A stretch of DNA of 64,000 nucleotides, from assembly GCA_963738525.1 (NCBI GenBank), contig CAVTXC010000011.1, positions 56,891-120,890 of the forward strand. The letters run 5' to 3'. A program made the translations under genes and the position numbers. Each line of letters opens with the position of its first letter. The stretch's first letter is position 1. This DNA is from Bryobacterales bacterium. Its GTDB lineage: Bacteria > Acidobacteriota > Terriglobia > Bryobacterales > Bryobacteraceae. The notes beneath the pieces were generated by a model that was not told the DNA's origin, did not search any database, and worked only from the letters and a program-made list of their open reading frames with translations. Shown piece by piece: positions 21,775 to 32,011 of the stretch.

Positions 21775-22197
21775 TTACTTTAGAGGCGAGAAGTCGGTTG
21801 CGTCAAGGAAGACGGAATCGACCTTTTCGACCAGCTTTCCGTTGACTTCGGACTCCGCGGCGACTTTCTTCCATTCGGGATCGGCACTGAACTCGGCCCA
21901 GTTCTTTTTGGCTTGCTCCCGGCTGGCGTGGGAGATGACGTAAATCAGGGTGTTGCTCTTGTCGGGCTCATCCTGAAAGTCCCAATACGCCACATTGGTC
22001 ATTCCGTGCCTTTCGAAGATGGTGGTGGTGTGTTCGCGGAATCGGGTTTTGAGCGCCTCCAGTTTGCCGGGGAAGCAGTGGTAGGTGCGGAGTTCAAAGA
22101 CGCGCGCGGAATCCGCAGCCTGGGCGGAAGGCGGATGGGTCAGAACGGCCATACACAGGAGACTCGCACACGACAGCAGAAAATTCGTGATCCTCAT
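21775..22197 (-). CDS. NIPSNAP family protein (exported)
   Basis: Signal peptide; VFELRTYH..PGKLEAL, F.ADPEW, LDATDFSPLK. Confidence 0.85.
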   Translation of the reverse strand: MRITNFLLSCASLLCMAVLTHPPSAQAADSARVFELRTYHCFPGKLEALKTRFREHTTTIFERHGMTNVAYWDFQDEPDKSNTLIYVISHASREQAKKNWAEFSADPEWKKVAAESEVNGKLVEKVDSVFLDATDFSPLK

Positions 22198-22213
22198 GGT
22201 CAGCCAGTTTAGC

Positions 22214-23638
22214 TCAGGCGACTTCGCCCAGACGATGGACCTTCATGAGATTCATGGTGCCGGGGCGGCCGACCGGCTGCCCGGCGACGAAGACGACGAG
22301 GTCATCGCGACGGAGAAGCTTTTTCTCCAGCAGCAGTTGATCCATCTGAAGGAGCATCTCGTCGGTGGAGGCGACGTTCGGGGCGAGTACGGGTTGAACA
22401 CCATACGTTACAGAGAGGCGGCGAGCGACTTCAGGGTCAGGAGTGATCGCGTAAAGGCAGACGGGGGGACGGTACCGGGCAATCAGGCGAGCGCTGGAAC
22501 CGGACGTGGTGAACACAACCAGCGCGGTTACTCCGGCGGCTCGCGCCGCATTGTAAGCGGCGTCCGCCAAAACCTCCGCCGTGTTTTGGATCGAGGATGG
22601 ACGGCGGCGCTCCTCGAACCCTTTCGAGCGGATCGACTTCTCGGCTTCCAAAGCGATTCTGGTCATGTAGCTAACGGCTTCCACCGGGAACTTTCCCGTC
22701 GACGTTTCCGCGGAGAGCATGACCGCGTCTGTGCCGTCATAGATGGCGTTAGCGACGTCGCTGACTTCGGCCCGGGTAGGCACCGCGTTGGCGGTCATGG
22801 ATTCGAGCATTTGCGTGGCGGTGATGACGAATTTGCCTCCACGACGCGCCTTCCGAATGATGGATTTTTGGAGCGGCGGAACGCGTTCGAGATCCATCTC
22901 GACACCGAGGTCGCCGCGGGCAACCATCAAGCCATCGGCTGCGGCGACAATCTCCACAATGTTTTCCACGCCATCCGGTTTTTCGATTTTGGCAATGATT
23001 AGCATGCCGCGCGCGCGATCCCCAATGCGCTCGCGAAGGGCGTCCACATCGGCGGCAGAGCGGACAAAAGAGAGCGCGACCATGTCCACCTTTTCGCGCA
23101 GCCCGAACTCCAGGTCATCCAAATCTTTGGGAGTGAGCGATGGGGCGCTGACCTTCACTCCGGGCAAGTTGATTCCTTTGTTATCGCCGATCACGCCGCC
23201 GGCACGAACCTCGAATTCCACTTCCGTTGGGCGTACATCGACGGCGCGCAATTCCACTGCGCCATCATTCAGGAGCACACGATTGCCGCGCTTCACGTCG
23301 CCGGCGAAATCGGCATACCCCGTGGAGGCACGCGTGCAGTTGCCGAGCAGGGTCTCGGTGGTGATAGTGAAGTGGTCGCCTTTCTGCAGCGTACAGGAAC
23401 CGCCCTCGAACTTCCCTAAACGAATCTTGGGGCCTTGCAGGTCGAGAAGAATCCCAATGTGGCGCTGCCGGTTCACGGCTTCCGTGCGGATCATACGAAT
23501 GCGCGCCGCATGCTCGGCCTGGGTGCTATGGGAGGCGTTCAGGCGAAAGACATCTACACCGGCTGTAATCAGATCGCGGATCTTCTCGGGGGTGTCGGTA
23601 GCGGGTCCCAGGGTGGCCACAATCTTTGTGTTTGGCAT
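22214..23638 (-). CDS. pyk: Pyruvate kinase
   Basis: TKIVATLGPAT, RLNASH, DLQGPKIR, IAKIEK, MVARGDLGVE, ATQMLESM, PTRAEVSDVANAIYDGTDAVMLS. Confidence 0.97.
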   Translation of the reverse strand: MPNTKIVATLGPATDTPEKIRDLITAGVDVFRLNASHSTQAEHAARIRMIRTEAVNRQRHIGILLDLQGPKIRLGKFEGGSCTLQKGDHFTITTETLLGNCTRASTGYADFAGDVKRGNRVLLNDGAVELRAVDVRPTEVEFEVRAGGVIGDNKGINLPGVKVSAPSLTPKDLDDLEFGLREKVDMVALSFVRSAADVDALRERIGDRARGMLIIAKIEKPDGVENIVEIVAAADGLMVARGDLGVEMDLERVPPLQKSIIRKARRGGKFVITATQMLESMTANAVPTRAEVSDVANAIYDGTDAVMLSAETSTGKFPVEAVSYMTRIALEAEKSIRSKGFEERRRPSSIQNTAEVLADAAYNAARAAGVTALVVFTTSGSSARLIARYRPPVCLYAITPDPEVARRLSVTYGVQPVLAPNVASTDEMLLQMDQLLLEKKLLRRDDLVVFVAGQPVGRPGTMNLMKVHRLGEVA

Positions 23639-23719
23639 GAAAGGGTTTTGACCATTTTAGATGGCTGGTTCGCGCACGGCTACCGTTGTAACCCTACCGA
23701 TATGTTAGGATCGCTGAAA

Positions 23720-25198
23720 ATGCGGCCATCCCTCGTGTCCATTTTGATTCCGCTTTATAACGAGGAGCTGTTCATTGGCGAGATTTTGAAGCGAGTCTTG
23801 GCGGCGCCGCTTTCGCGTGGGCTCGAGCGGGAAATCATCGTCGTGGATGACGGTTCCACGGATGAGTCGGGATTAGTTGCGGAGCGCATGGCCTTGGAGA
23901 ACCCGGAGGTGATTCGGGTGATCCGGCTAAGATCGAATCGCGGGAAGGGCTTCGCTATTCGGACCGCGCTCGAGCACGCTCGTGGGGAATACTGTCTGAT
24001 TCAAGATGCGGATCTTGAATATAATCCGCAGGATTACCTTCATCTGCTTAGTCCGTTAGTGGATGGTGTGGCGGACGTGGTGTACGGGTCGCGGTTCGCG
24101 AACTCGGGCCGACGACGCGTGCTCTATTACTGGCATAGCATTGCCAATCATCTGCTTACCACTTTTTGCAACATGGTTGCGGATATCAACCTGACCGACA
24201 TGGAGACAGGTTACAAAGCTTTTCGCACGTCGCTCATTCAAACGATTCCGATCCGCAGCGAACGTTTCGGGATTGAACCCGAGATTACGATCAAGTTAGC
24301 CAAGCGGCAGGCCCGTTTTTACGAAGTTCCGATTAGTTACGAAGGAAGGACTTACGAAGACGGAAAGAAGATAGGAACGAAGGACGCGTTTCAAGCTGCG
24401 GCGGTAATACTCGAGAACTGGCTGAAGGACGATCTGTATAAAGATCCGGGTGAAGAGATCCTGGATGCATTCTCGGTCGCTCCGCGATTCAATCGGTGGA
24501 TGGCGGATACGATTCGCCCTTACGTGGGACGGCGTGTGATGGAGATCGGGGCAGGGATGGGCAACCTGACCAGACAATTTATCGCGCGGCGGGATTACTA
24601 CCTCGCGACCGATATCAACACCGAGCATCTGGCGCGTTTGCGAAACCGATTGGAGCACCAGCCACGGCTAACTGTTTCGGTCTGCGACTTATCGCGGCGG
24701 GAGGACTTTGAACCGTTCGCAAGGTCATTTGACACGGTGATTTGTCTGAATGTGCTGGAGCACATGGAACTCGATCTCCATTGCGCGCGGAACATTTTCG
24801 AGGGCCTTGAACCGGGAGGAAGGGCGATCATCCTGGTGCCCCATGGGCAGGACATCTTCGGTCAGTTGGATGTGGTGCTTGGGCACTACCGACGGTACTC
24901 ACATGGTGAATTGCGCGCGGTGTTGGAGGACGCGGGATTCGCGGTAGAGCGCATTCTCGATTTCAACCGGGTTTCGCGGCCGGGCTGGTATGTGCAGGCG
25001 AAGTTGCTCCGTAAATCGCGCATCGCGCGTTTTCAGATCAAGGCGTTCGACAAGATGGTTTGGCTTTGGCGCAAAATCGATCACTGGCTGCCGTGGCCGC
25101 CTACATCGATCATTGCTATCGCCGTCAAGCCGCCGCTCCACGATTCAGGCAGCTTGGGTGGTTCAGCCGTGGGGATTGATGCGGCTTTCCACCCGTGA
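23720..25198 (+). CDS. GT2 glycosyltransferase (DPM1-like) fused to class I SAM methyltransferase-like domain
   Basis: SILIPLYNEE, IVVDDGSTD, IQDADLEY, TDMETGYK; second domain MEIGAGMGN, DTVICLNVLEH, GHYRRY. Confidence 0.88.
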   Translation: MRPSLVSILIPLYNEELFIGEILKRVLAAPLSRGLEREIIVVDDGSTDESGLVAERMALENPEVIRVIRLRSNRGKGFAIRTALEHARGEYCLIQDADLEYNPQDYLHLLSPLVDGVADVVYGSRFANSGRRRVLYYWHSIANHLLTTFCNMVADINLTDMETGYKAFRTSLIQTIPIRSERFGIEPEITIKLAKRQARFYEVPISYEGRTYEDGKKIGTKDAFQAAAVILENWLKDDLYKDPGEEILDAFSVAPRFNRWMADTIRPYVGRRVMEIGAGMGNLTRQFIARRDYYLATDINTEHLARLRNRLEHQPRLTVSVCDLSRREDFEPFARSFDTVICLNVLEHMELDLHCARNIFEGLEPGGRAIILVPHGQDIFGQLDVVLGHYRRYSHGELRAVLEDAGFAVERILDFNRVSRPGWYVQAKLLRKSRIARFQIKAFDKMVWLWRKIDHWLPWPPTSIIAIAVKPPLHDSGSLGGSAVGIDAAFHP

Positions 25199-26560
25199 GC
25201 TTTCGGGTTCGGACAGGCCTGTGAGGCGAGCGTAAGCAGCGGCTACAGCGACTGCGGCGGCGGGAGAAACCTGCACAAGGAGGCGATCATAGGCTTGGTC
25301 AATGTGCAGAGGGATGTCCCAAGTAGTGAAGTAGAAGATGGATGTATACGCGGTAAGAGCCGCGAGGATGGCGACGATCAAGACTCGCTCGCGAAGTGTT
25401 CCGATTGCAAACAGGATCAAAGCGCTAACGGCAAAGGCCGGCCAAAAGACGCCCCACTCCCAAAAGTCGAGGATGTAGTGGAGGCACTGGCCCAGTACGC
25501 TCCAAAACAGATGCGCCGCCCGCGCGAGGTTGGCCTCGTTCACCGGCATATAGGTGAGATCGTGAACGTCCATCCAGGCTTGAAAGAACTTTCGAACAGC
25601 GAAACAAAGAAAGAAGATAATGAATTCCCAGCGATAGCGGGGGAGCAGGCGTGGGTACTCCTTTGCCGGCGTACGGATGAGAAGGTATAGAACAATCGCG
25701 GCGAAGGCGATGAGCGCGAGGACAGTTCCCTCGTTCTTCACAAAGATCACTCCGCCGAGAAGCCACGGAACCGCGGAGGCGGGTGTTTCCCTCCGCATTG
25801 ATCTTTCAAAGATGGCGGCGAGGACAGCGGCCATTAATGCGGCTTGCGGCATATCCGCGTAACCACCGACACTGAAGTGCGTAGAGACGTACGGCACCGA
25901 AGACAGAAGAGCCGTTGCCGCCATTGCCACGGTTCGAGGGACCAACATGCGGGCTGCATGAAAGGTGGATACCAGCAGTGATCCGTAGAACAGGATGAAG
26001 ACGGGCTTCAAGGCGTTGAGCTCAAAGCTCCCGCGGAGGCGGGATACGAGGGCGTCGTATAGAGGAATGTCGGATGGATAATCGAGGACGCGCTGAACGC
26101 CGGCCTCATGCGGGTCCAGGAACTCCCTGCTTAATGCCCCGTTATGGTTGAGGATCTCCGCTTTGGTTGCCCAGATCTGATAACCGTCCCAAAGATAGGA
26201 CCAGCGCAGGTCTTGAACCGCGAACTGCATAAAAGCCAGAACGATTACCGCCAAATAGAGGGTTGCCCAGCGGCTTCCGTGGGGCAAACGAAAGTTGGGG
26301 TTTGAAATACGGCCCACGAAAACGGAACGAAGACGGAGGATGCCAGCGACCAGGAGAGCGAGCAGGATCGCGGACAGCGCCGTTCCCGGCAGCAACCAGG
26401 AGAGCGGGACCAAGGCCACGCTGGAAACGGTGAGCCCGATCAGGAAGGAGCGGTTCCAGGCGAGAAGACATGTGGAACGACACTGAAGCAGGAGATCACC
26501 AACGGCGGCAAAGCAATACGCCAGGATTACTGCGCAGAAAAAACCCGAGGTGCGGATCAT
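25163..26560 (-). CDS. Polytopic membrane protein, probable GT-C-type glycosyltransferase
   Basis: More than 10 TM segments; WDGYQIWATKA, DYP, GGYADMP and FVKNEG resemble ArnT/PMT-like proteins (inference). Confidence 0.6.
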   Translation of the reverse strand: MIRTSGFFCAVILAYCFAAVGDLLLQCRSTCLLAWNRSFLIGLTVSSVALVPLSWLLPGTALSAILLALLVAGILRLRSVFVGRISNPNFRLPHGSRWATLYLAVIVLAFMQFAVQDLRWSYLWDGYQIWATKAEILNHNGALSREFLDPHEAGVQRVLDYPSDIPLYDALVSRLRGSFELNALKPVFILFYGSLLVSTFHAARMLVPRTVAMAATALLSSVPYVSTHFSVGGYADMPQAALMAAVLAAIFERSMRRETPASAVPWLLGGVIFVKNEGTVLALIAFAAIVLYLLIRTPAKEYPRLLPRYRWEFIIFFLCFAVRKFFQAWMDVHDLTYMPVNEANLARAAHLFWSVLGQCLHYILDFWEWGVFWPAFAVSALILFAIGTLRERVLIVAILAALTAYTSIFYFTTWDIPLHIDQAYDRLLVQVSPAAAVAVAAAYARLTGLSEPESSRVESRINPHG

Positions 26561-27042
26561 TCCGGCTTGAGCCGTCCCAAGATCATGGGGATTCCGTTTA
26601 CGTAGAGGGGTAAGTCCATGCGCCACTCGAAACCCGGATTAGGGGGAGGATCTCCTGCCGAGACAACATAGTTGATGTTGTCGTCGTGCCTCCTCTTCAG
26701 GATGCGTGGGCTAGTCAAATCATTCACTCCGAAGGCGGTCACTACCGGGTAGTCAGGGTAAAGAGTTCGTTGCCACAACCCGCGCTGCCAGTCTTCTTTT
26801 TTCTCGGTCAAGTAAAGAATGGGACCGGGCGGCACATGGCTCTTCACCAGGGCGATGCGAGCCCAGTGGCCGGCCGGAACGATGTCGAGAGGGGAGGATT
26901 TAAAAACGATTGTATAGTCCGCGATGCTCCGGCGCGACGCCGCGGCCAACGCTGCCAAAAAGATCAGGATGGCAAGTCCATTGGCGATCGCTCCGCGAAT
27001 CCCGGGGATTCCGACCACATTTGGTGACGGGGAATCTCGCAT
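26557..27042 (-). CDS. Hypothetical membrane-anchored protein
   Basis: ORF with one TM segment; stop overlaps the next start (ATGA at 26560-26557). Confidence 0.55.
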   Translation of the reverse strand: MRDSPSPNVVGIPGIRGAIANGLAILIFLAALAAASRRSIADYTIVFKSSPLDIVPAGHWARIALVKSHVPPGPILYLTEKKEDWQRGLWQRTLYPDYPVVTAFGVNDLTSPRILKRRHDDNINYVVSAGDPPPNPGFEWRMDLPLYVNGIPMILGRLKPE

Positions 27043-27155
27043 CGGAATCGGATCATAACATTGTCTAAATGGGGCTAGGCGGTGAGGGTTGGCCGGAATC
27101 CCGGTTTCTGCCATAATGGTTCCGCTCTGGCCACCTTCTTCCGCTCGCAAAGCGG

Positions 27156-29582
27156 ATGAGGTTCATATCACCGTCCCGGTCTCGACGCCTCAATGAGGTG
27201 GTTGGGTTGCTGTGTCTAGCAACGGGACTGCTTTGTCTGCTTTGTTTGGTGTCGTACCACGTGCAAGACTCCTCGTGGAACACGGCTGCGGGCTCATTGC
27301 GCCCGCTCAACCTGACAGGCCGGATCGGCAGCCACGTCGCGGATCTTCTTCTTCAGGTTTTCGGCTCAGCCGCATTCCTGTTCCCGCTAATTTCGTTTGC
27401 TTTAGGCTGGAAATGGCTCCGTTCAGAGTCAATCGAGGCGCCGGTTATCAAAATGGCGGGGTGGCTGATGCTGCTGCTGGCGGTGTGCGCGGGCAGCTCC
27501 CTTATCCCCGGATGGCGGTTGTTTGAGGGGGTCATTCTGCCGGGCGGCGGAGTGGGCGCCGTTCTGGCCGACTGGATGAAATCCGCGCTGAATCTGGCGG
27601 GGAGCGTAGTTGTCCTAGTGACCGGGACTATCGTGTCCGTTTATGTCATCTCCACGTTCTCATTGAGCAGGATGCCGGGATGGCTGACCTGGCCTTATCG
27701 GACGTTTCGACGGCTGCAGGCCAACTGGAACGCGCGTTTACGTGCCCGAGCTCTTCAGAAACAGCAGGCCGCGGCAGAACGTAAGGCGCAGCGGGAGGAG
27801 GAGGCGGCGGCGCTTACGGCGGCACGAGAGGATCGGGAACGGGAGTTGGTTGACAAACCCGCCAAGAGGCGGGGCAAAGCCTCTCGAGCAGAGCAAGAAT
27901 TCGAATCGGAAACCACAATCGTGGAGGACTTTACCCCGATTTTCGAGGATCTGCCGGAGCCTGCCGAAACGCTGGAGAGCACGAGTGACATCCCCATACG
28001 GCAATTGATCGAACCGGAGTCGGAAACACCGCCGTGGAGCACTGCCGTACCTGTGGCGTCAAAGGTCGTCAGCCCGGAACCTGTTACATCGGTGCACCAT
28101 ACTTTCAAGCTCCCTCCGACCACGTTGTTGAACGATCCGGAGCCGCGGTCGCCTTTCGACGAGATGGAGCTTAAGGCCACGGCTGCCCAAATCAAAGCCA
28201 AGTTCGAAGAGTTCCACGTGCTTGGGTCGGTGGTTCAGATCAATCCGGGTCCGGTAGTAACGACTTTCGAATTCAAACCAGAAGCGGGGATCAAATACAG
28301 CAAGATCACCAATCTTACGGAAGACCTCTGTCTGGGTTTACAGGCTGAATCCATTCTGATCGAGCGCATACCGGGCAAGCCGACGGTCGGCATCGAGGTG
28401 CCGAATTCGCGGCGCGAACTGATCAGCTTACGAGCGATTCTCGAGAGCACCGAGTTCCAGGAATCGCGATCGATGCTGACGATCTCAATGGGCAAAGACA
28501 TCAACGGCCGGATCAAGGTGGCGGCGCTCGATGCGATGCCGCACCTGCTAATCGCAGGATCAACCGGATCGGGCAAGAGCGTGATGATCAACTCGCTCGT
28601 GATGTCCATTCTCTATAAAGCGACACCGGACGACGTGCGAATGATTCTGGTCGACCCCAAGCGAGTGGAACTGGGCGTCTACGAGGGCATTCCTCACCTG
28701 CTGACACCGGTCATTACCGACCCCCGGAAGGCGACGATCGCGCTGAAGAATGCGGTGCTCGAAATGGAGCGCCGACTGCGGCTGCTGGCGGAACATGGCG
28801 CCCGCAACATCGAGCAGTTCAACCGCAAGGTGAAGAAGCTGCAGGAGCAGCCCCGGAATCTCTTTGAAGAGCCATCGTCGGCCACCGAGGAACTAAGGCC
28901 CCTGCCCTACATTCTGATCCTGATCGATGAGTTGGCCGATCTGATGATGCTCGAAGGGCGCAATGTAGAGGAGTCCGTGACGCGCCTGGCGCAAATGGCG
29001 CGCGCGGTGGGAATGCATCTGGTGCTGGCGACCCAGCGGCCAAGTGTGGATGTGATTACCGGGCTGATCAAGGCGAACTTCCCGGCGCGAATCAGCTTCC
29101 GCGTGGCAACTCGTGTGGATTCCCGGACCATTCTCGACGTGATGGGGTCCGAGCACCTGTTGGGCAAGGGAGACATGCTTTTCCTTCCTCCCGGCTCCTC
29201 CCGACTTACACGCGTACATGGAGCATTTGTGACCGAGACGGAGATCAACGAAGTGGTCGAGTTCTGGAAGGAGCAGGATGTTCCGGACTATGACCAGTCG
29301 TTCCTGATTGCGCCGCCGGAGAGCGAGGGTGATGCGGAAGCCGAGCCTGCCCCGGGCGAACAAGATCCGATGTATGAAGAGGCGATCCGCGTGGTGCTCG
29401 AGATGGGAAAAGCTTCGACGTCGACGCTTCAACGTCGTTTGCGTCTGGGTTATGGGCGCGCGGCTCGCATTCTCGACATGATGCATCGGGACGGCATCAT
29501 CGGGCCTCCGGACGGAAGCCGCCCGCGAGAGGTTTTGAAACCGCCAAACTGGTTGCGTGAATTGGAAACGCCACTGAAGTAA
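27156..29582 (+). CDS. ftsK: DNA translocase FtsK
   Basis: N-terminal 4TM region; PGPVVTTFE, MPHLLIAGSTGSGKSV, IDELADLM, LATQRPSVDVITGLIKANFPARI; gamma domain LQRRLRLGYGRAARILD. Confidence 0.97.
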   Translation: MRFISPSRSRRLNEVVGLLCLATGLLCLLCLVSYHVQDSSWNTAAGSLRPLNLTGRIGSHVADLLLQVFGSAAFLFPLISFALGWKWLRSESIEAPVIKMAGWLMLLLAVCAGSSLIPGWRLFEGVILPGGGVGAVLADWMKSALNLAGSVVVLVTGTIVSVYVISTFSLSRMPGWLTWPYRTFRRLQANWNARLRARALQKQQAAAERKAQREEEAAALTAAREDRERELVDKPAKRRGKASRAEQEFESETTIVEDFTPIFEDLPEPAETLESTSDIPIRQLIEPESETPPWSTAVPVASKVVSPEPVTSVHHTFKLPPTTLLNDPEPRSPFDEMELKATAAQIKAKFEEFHVLGSVVQINPGPVVTTFEFKPEAGIKYSKITNLTEDLCLGLQAESILIERIPGKPTVGIEVPNSRRELISLRAILESTEFQESRSMLTISMGKDINGRIKVAALDAMPHLLIAGSTGSGKSVMINSLVMSILYKATPDDVRMILVDPKRVELGVYEGIPHLLTPVITDPRKATIALKNAVLEMERRLRLLAEHGARNIEQFNRKVKKLQEQPRNLFEEPSSATEELRPLPYILILIDELADLMMLEGRNVEESVTRLAQMARAVGMHLVLATQRPSVDVITGLIKANFPARISFRVATRVDSRTILDVMGSEHLLGKGDMLFLPPGSSRLTRVHGAFVTETEINEVVEFWKEQDVPDYDQSFLIAPPESEGDAEAEPAPGEQDPMYEEAIRVVLEMGKASTSTLQRRLRLGYGRAARILDMMHRDGIIGPPDGSRPREVLKPPNWLRELETPLK

Positions 29583-29603
29583 CGGTTATGGCGAGCCGGT
29601 TTC

Positions 29604-31931
29604 TTATCGAGCCGGCGCGTCCAGAATCGAGCGCACCCGTTGGACGAGCGTTTCGGCGTTGAACGGCTTTTGCAGTAAATCGGTTTTGGAGTCGCGCAGA
29701 CCATGGGTGGCGATCTCCTGTTCCGTGTAGCCGGACATATACAGCACTCGGAGACTGGGATCGGTTCCCTTCAGGGTAACGGCCAGCTCTTTGCCGCCCA
29801 TCTGGGGCATCACCACGTCTGTTAGCAAGAGTTTGATACGGGCGCGATTCTGGTGAAACAGGTCAATCGCCGACTTCCCGCCGTCGGCTACCAGCGGCTG
29901 GTAACCGTAACGTTCCAGCATGGTCTTGACGAGATTCCGAACCGTCTCGTCATCTTCCACCACCAGGATGGTTTCTTGCCCGCGCGCGATCTGAGCCGGA
30001 GACTTGATCCCCCCGGCCGACTTATCGCCGGATGCGATATCAGGTGGGCAGATCGGAAAGAAGATGTCGAAAACATTGCCCCCCGTTTGAGGGCTGCGGA
30101 CCGAGATCTCTCCCCCGAATTGTTTCACGATTCCATACACCATGGAGAGACCAAGACCGGTGCCCCTGCCTTTAGGTTTTGCAGAGAAGAACGGCTCAAA
30201 CAACCGGGACCTGGTGGTCTCGTCGATAGTGACGCCGCTGTCTCCAATCTCCAGGCGCACGAAGTCGCCGCCAGGCAATCCTTTCGGAATCTCATCAGCG
30301 GGGCCTACGGAAATACCGAGGCGACCACCTTGGGGCATAGTGTCGCGGGCGTTCACGGCGAGATTCAGCAGCATCTGCTCGATCTGGCCGGAATCCGCCC
30401 GGATGAAACAGGGCTCGGCCGAGACATGGACTTGCAAGTCAATGTGTTCGCCAATTACGGGTGCAATCATTCGCTCGATGGCACGAACCTGATCGCGTAA
30501 GTCCAAGCGAGTTAGCCGGACCTGCTTACGCCGGCTGAACGACAGCAACTGATCGGTTAACTTCGTAGCACGTTCGCTGGCGCCCAGCAATTCCTCCAGG
30601 TAGCCACGCAGTTTTTCCGCGGGCTGTTCGCGGGTGATTGCGTCCTGAAGCATTTGCCCATAACCGGATATGACGGTCAGGAGGTTGTTGAAGTCGTGTG
30701 CGACGCCGCCAGCTAAGCGCCCAATTGCATCCATCTTCTCGACTTGCCGAAGCCGCGCCTCCAGTTCTAGACGTTCATGCTCATCGACGCCGATTCCACC
30801 GATCAGAACCTGCTGACCGAACTCGTCGGGGATAGGGAATTTGAAGATGGTCCATCGGTGAACCGTATCTCGTATAGGAACGTCCTCGGTGAGCCGAGCT
30901 GCCTTGCCGAGCGCGAGCACCTCATGATCATTTTTGCGCCAAGCCTCAGCGTAAGTTCCGGGCCAGATCTCGTCATCGTTCCGGCCGATGATCTCGCCCG
31001 CACTAACGCCCATCATTTCGAACGCGGACTCACTGAAGAAAAGATATCTTCCTTGTGCGTCTTTGATAAACGCCACCCCCGGGAGGTACCGCATAAATTC
31101 ACGGAAGCGGCGCTCCGCTTGCGTTCGGGCAAGTTCCGCACGGCGGTGAGCAGTGATATCAACGCTGGTCGAGATGATGGACGGTTCGGTCTCACCGGGC
31201 CCCGGCTCGACAATCTGCATGTTGACGATGGAAATTCCGCAAGAGCCGTCCTTCCGGGGAAATTCGATTTCTTGGGCCGTCAACGACCCTGCGGCCGTGA
31301 GCGCCTCGATGATCGATCGGCGATCGCCGGAAGCGTGTAAGGCGGTGGCGGGCAGAGCGCAAACCTCCTGAATCGTGTCGTAGCCTAACATCCGGGCAAA
31401 GGCCTGATTGCAGGAGAGGATTCGGCCATCCAGCGTAGATTGCAAGATAGGGGCTTGGTTTTCCTCGAATAGGGCACGATTCAGGCGGCGCGCTGCACGG
31501 AGGGCCCGCTCCGCTCGATAACGAGTGGAGACGTCGCGAACAGAGATGACGGCTTGTGAACCGATTTTGTCGCGTCCCGCGAGACCGCGACCGTTGACCG
31601 TGACCCAAAGTCCCGACGGATGCCGGGTGTTCCTTAAGAAATAGGCAGCCTTAACGAGTTCCTCGCCACGAAAAACGCGATTCCATGGGAGTTCCTCCAT
31701 GGTGCAAAGCTGGCCCGGGTGCTTTTCGGAAAGACTCGCGCAATGGAACCCGCAGGCCAACTCCCAAGCGTGAAAATCTGCCTTTTCAGCCGGGTCGCCG
31801 AACATATCGAGGGCAGCACGGTTGGAAAACAACAGGCCCTCATCACGGGCTACTATTAGAGTCGCCTCTTCGATGAGATCTATCGCCGCATTGAGCAACG
31901 ATGGATCTGAAGCGCTTGCGCTAGCTACCAT
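29604..31931 (-). CDS. Hybrid sensor histidine kinase (multiple PAS, HisKA, HATPase, REC; CckA-like)
   Basis: PAS repeats; GRLAGGVAHDFNNLL, NLAVNARD, FEPFFSAK..GTGLGLS; REC ILVVEDD...LLTDVVMP...MSGY. Confidence 0.92.
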   Translation of the reverse strand: MVASASASDPSLLNAAIDLIEEATLIVARDEGLLFSNRAALDMFGDPAEKADFHAWELACGFHCASLSEKHPGQLCTMEELPWNRVFRGEELVKAAYFLRNTRHPSGLWVTVNGRGLAGRDKIGSQAVISVRDVSTRYRAERALRAARRLNRALFEENQAPILQSTLDGRILSCNQAFARMLGYDTIQEVCALPATALHASGDRRSIIEALTAAGSLTAQEIEFPRKDGSCGISIVNMQIVEPGPGETEPSIISTSVDITAHRRAELARTQAERRFREFMRYLPGVAFIKDAQGRYLFFSESAFEMMGVSAGEIIGRNDDEIWPGTYAEAWRKNDHEVLALGKAARLTEDVPIRDTVHRWTIFKFPIPDEFGQQVLIGGIGVDEHERLELEARLRQVEKMDAIGRLAGGVAHDFNNLLTVISGYGQMLQDAITREQPAEKLRGYLEELLGASERATKLTDQLLSFSRRKQVRLTRLDLRDQVRAIERMIAPVIGEHIDLQVHVSAEPCFIRADSGQIEQMLLNLAVNARDTMPQGGRLGISVGPADEIPKGLPGGDFVRLEIGDSGVTIDETTRSRLFEPFFSAKPKGRGTGLGLSMVYGIVKQFGGEISVRSPQTGGNVFDIFFPICPPDIASGDKSAGGIKSPAQIARGQETILVVEDDETVRNLVKTMLERYGYQPLVADGGKSAIDLFHQNRARIKLLLTDVVMPQMGGKELAVTLKGTDPSLRVLYMSGYTEQEIATHGLRDSKTDLLQKPFNAETLVQRVRSILDAPAR

Positions 31932-32011
31932 AAAGAACCGGAATCGATTTCTCAGTGTATCGATATCCAGGAACGCCGGAGCGTAGTGGAGGCGGAATTC
32001 CAGGAAATAGA

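Noticed and set aside
30680-30720. DNA similarity to 61605-61645 (GTTGTTGAAGTCGTG...)
   Set aside because: Reflects the conserved AHDFNNLL H-box of two kinases, not a DNA repeat element.
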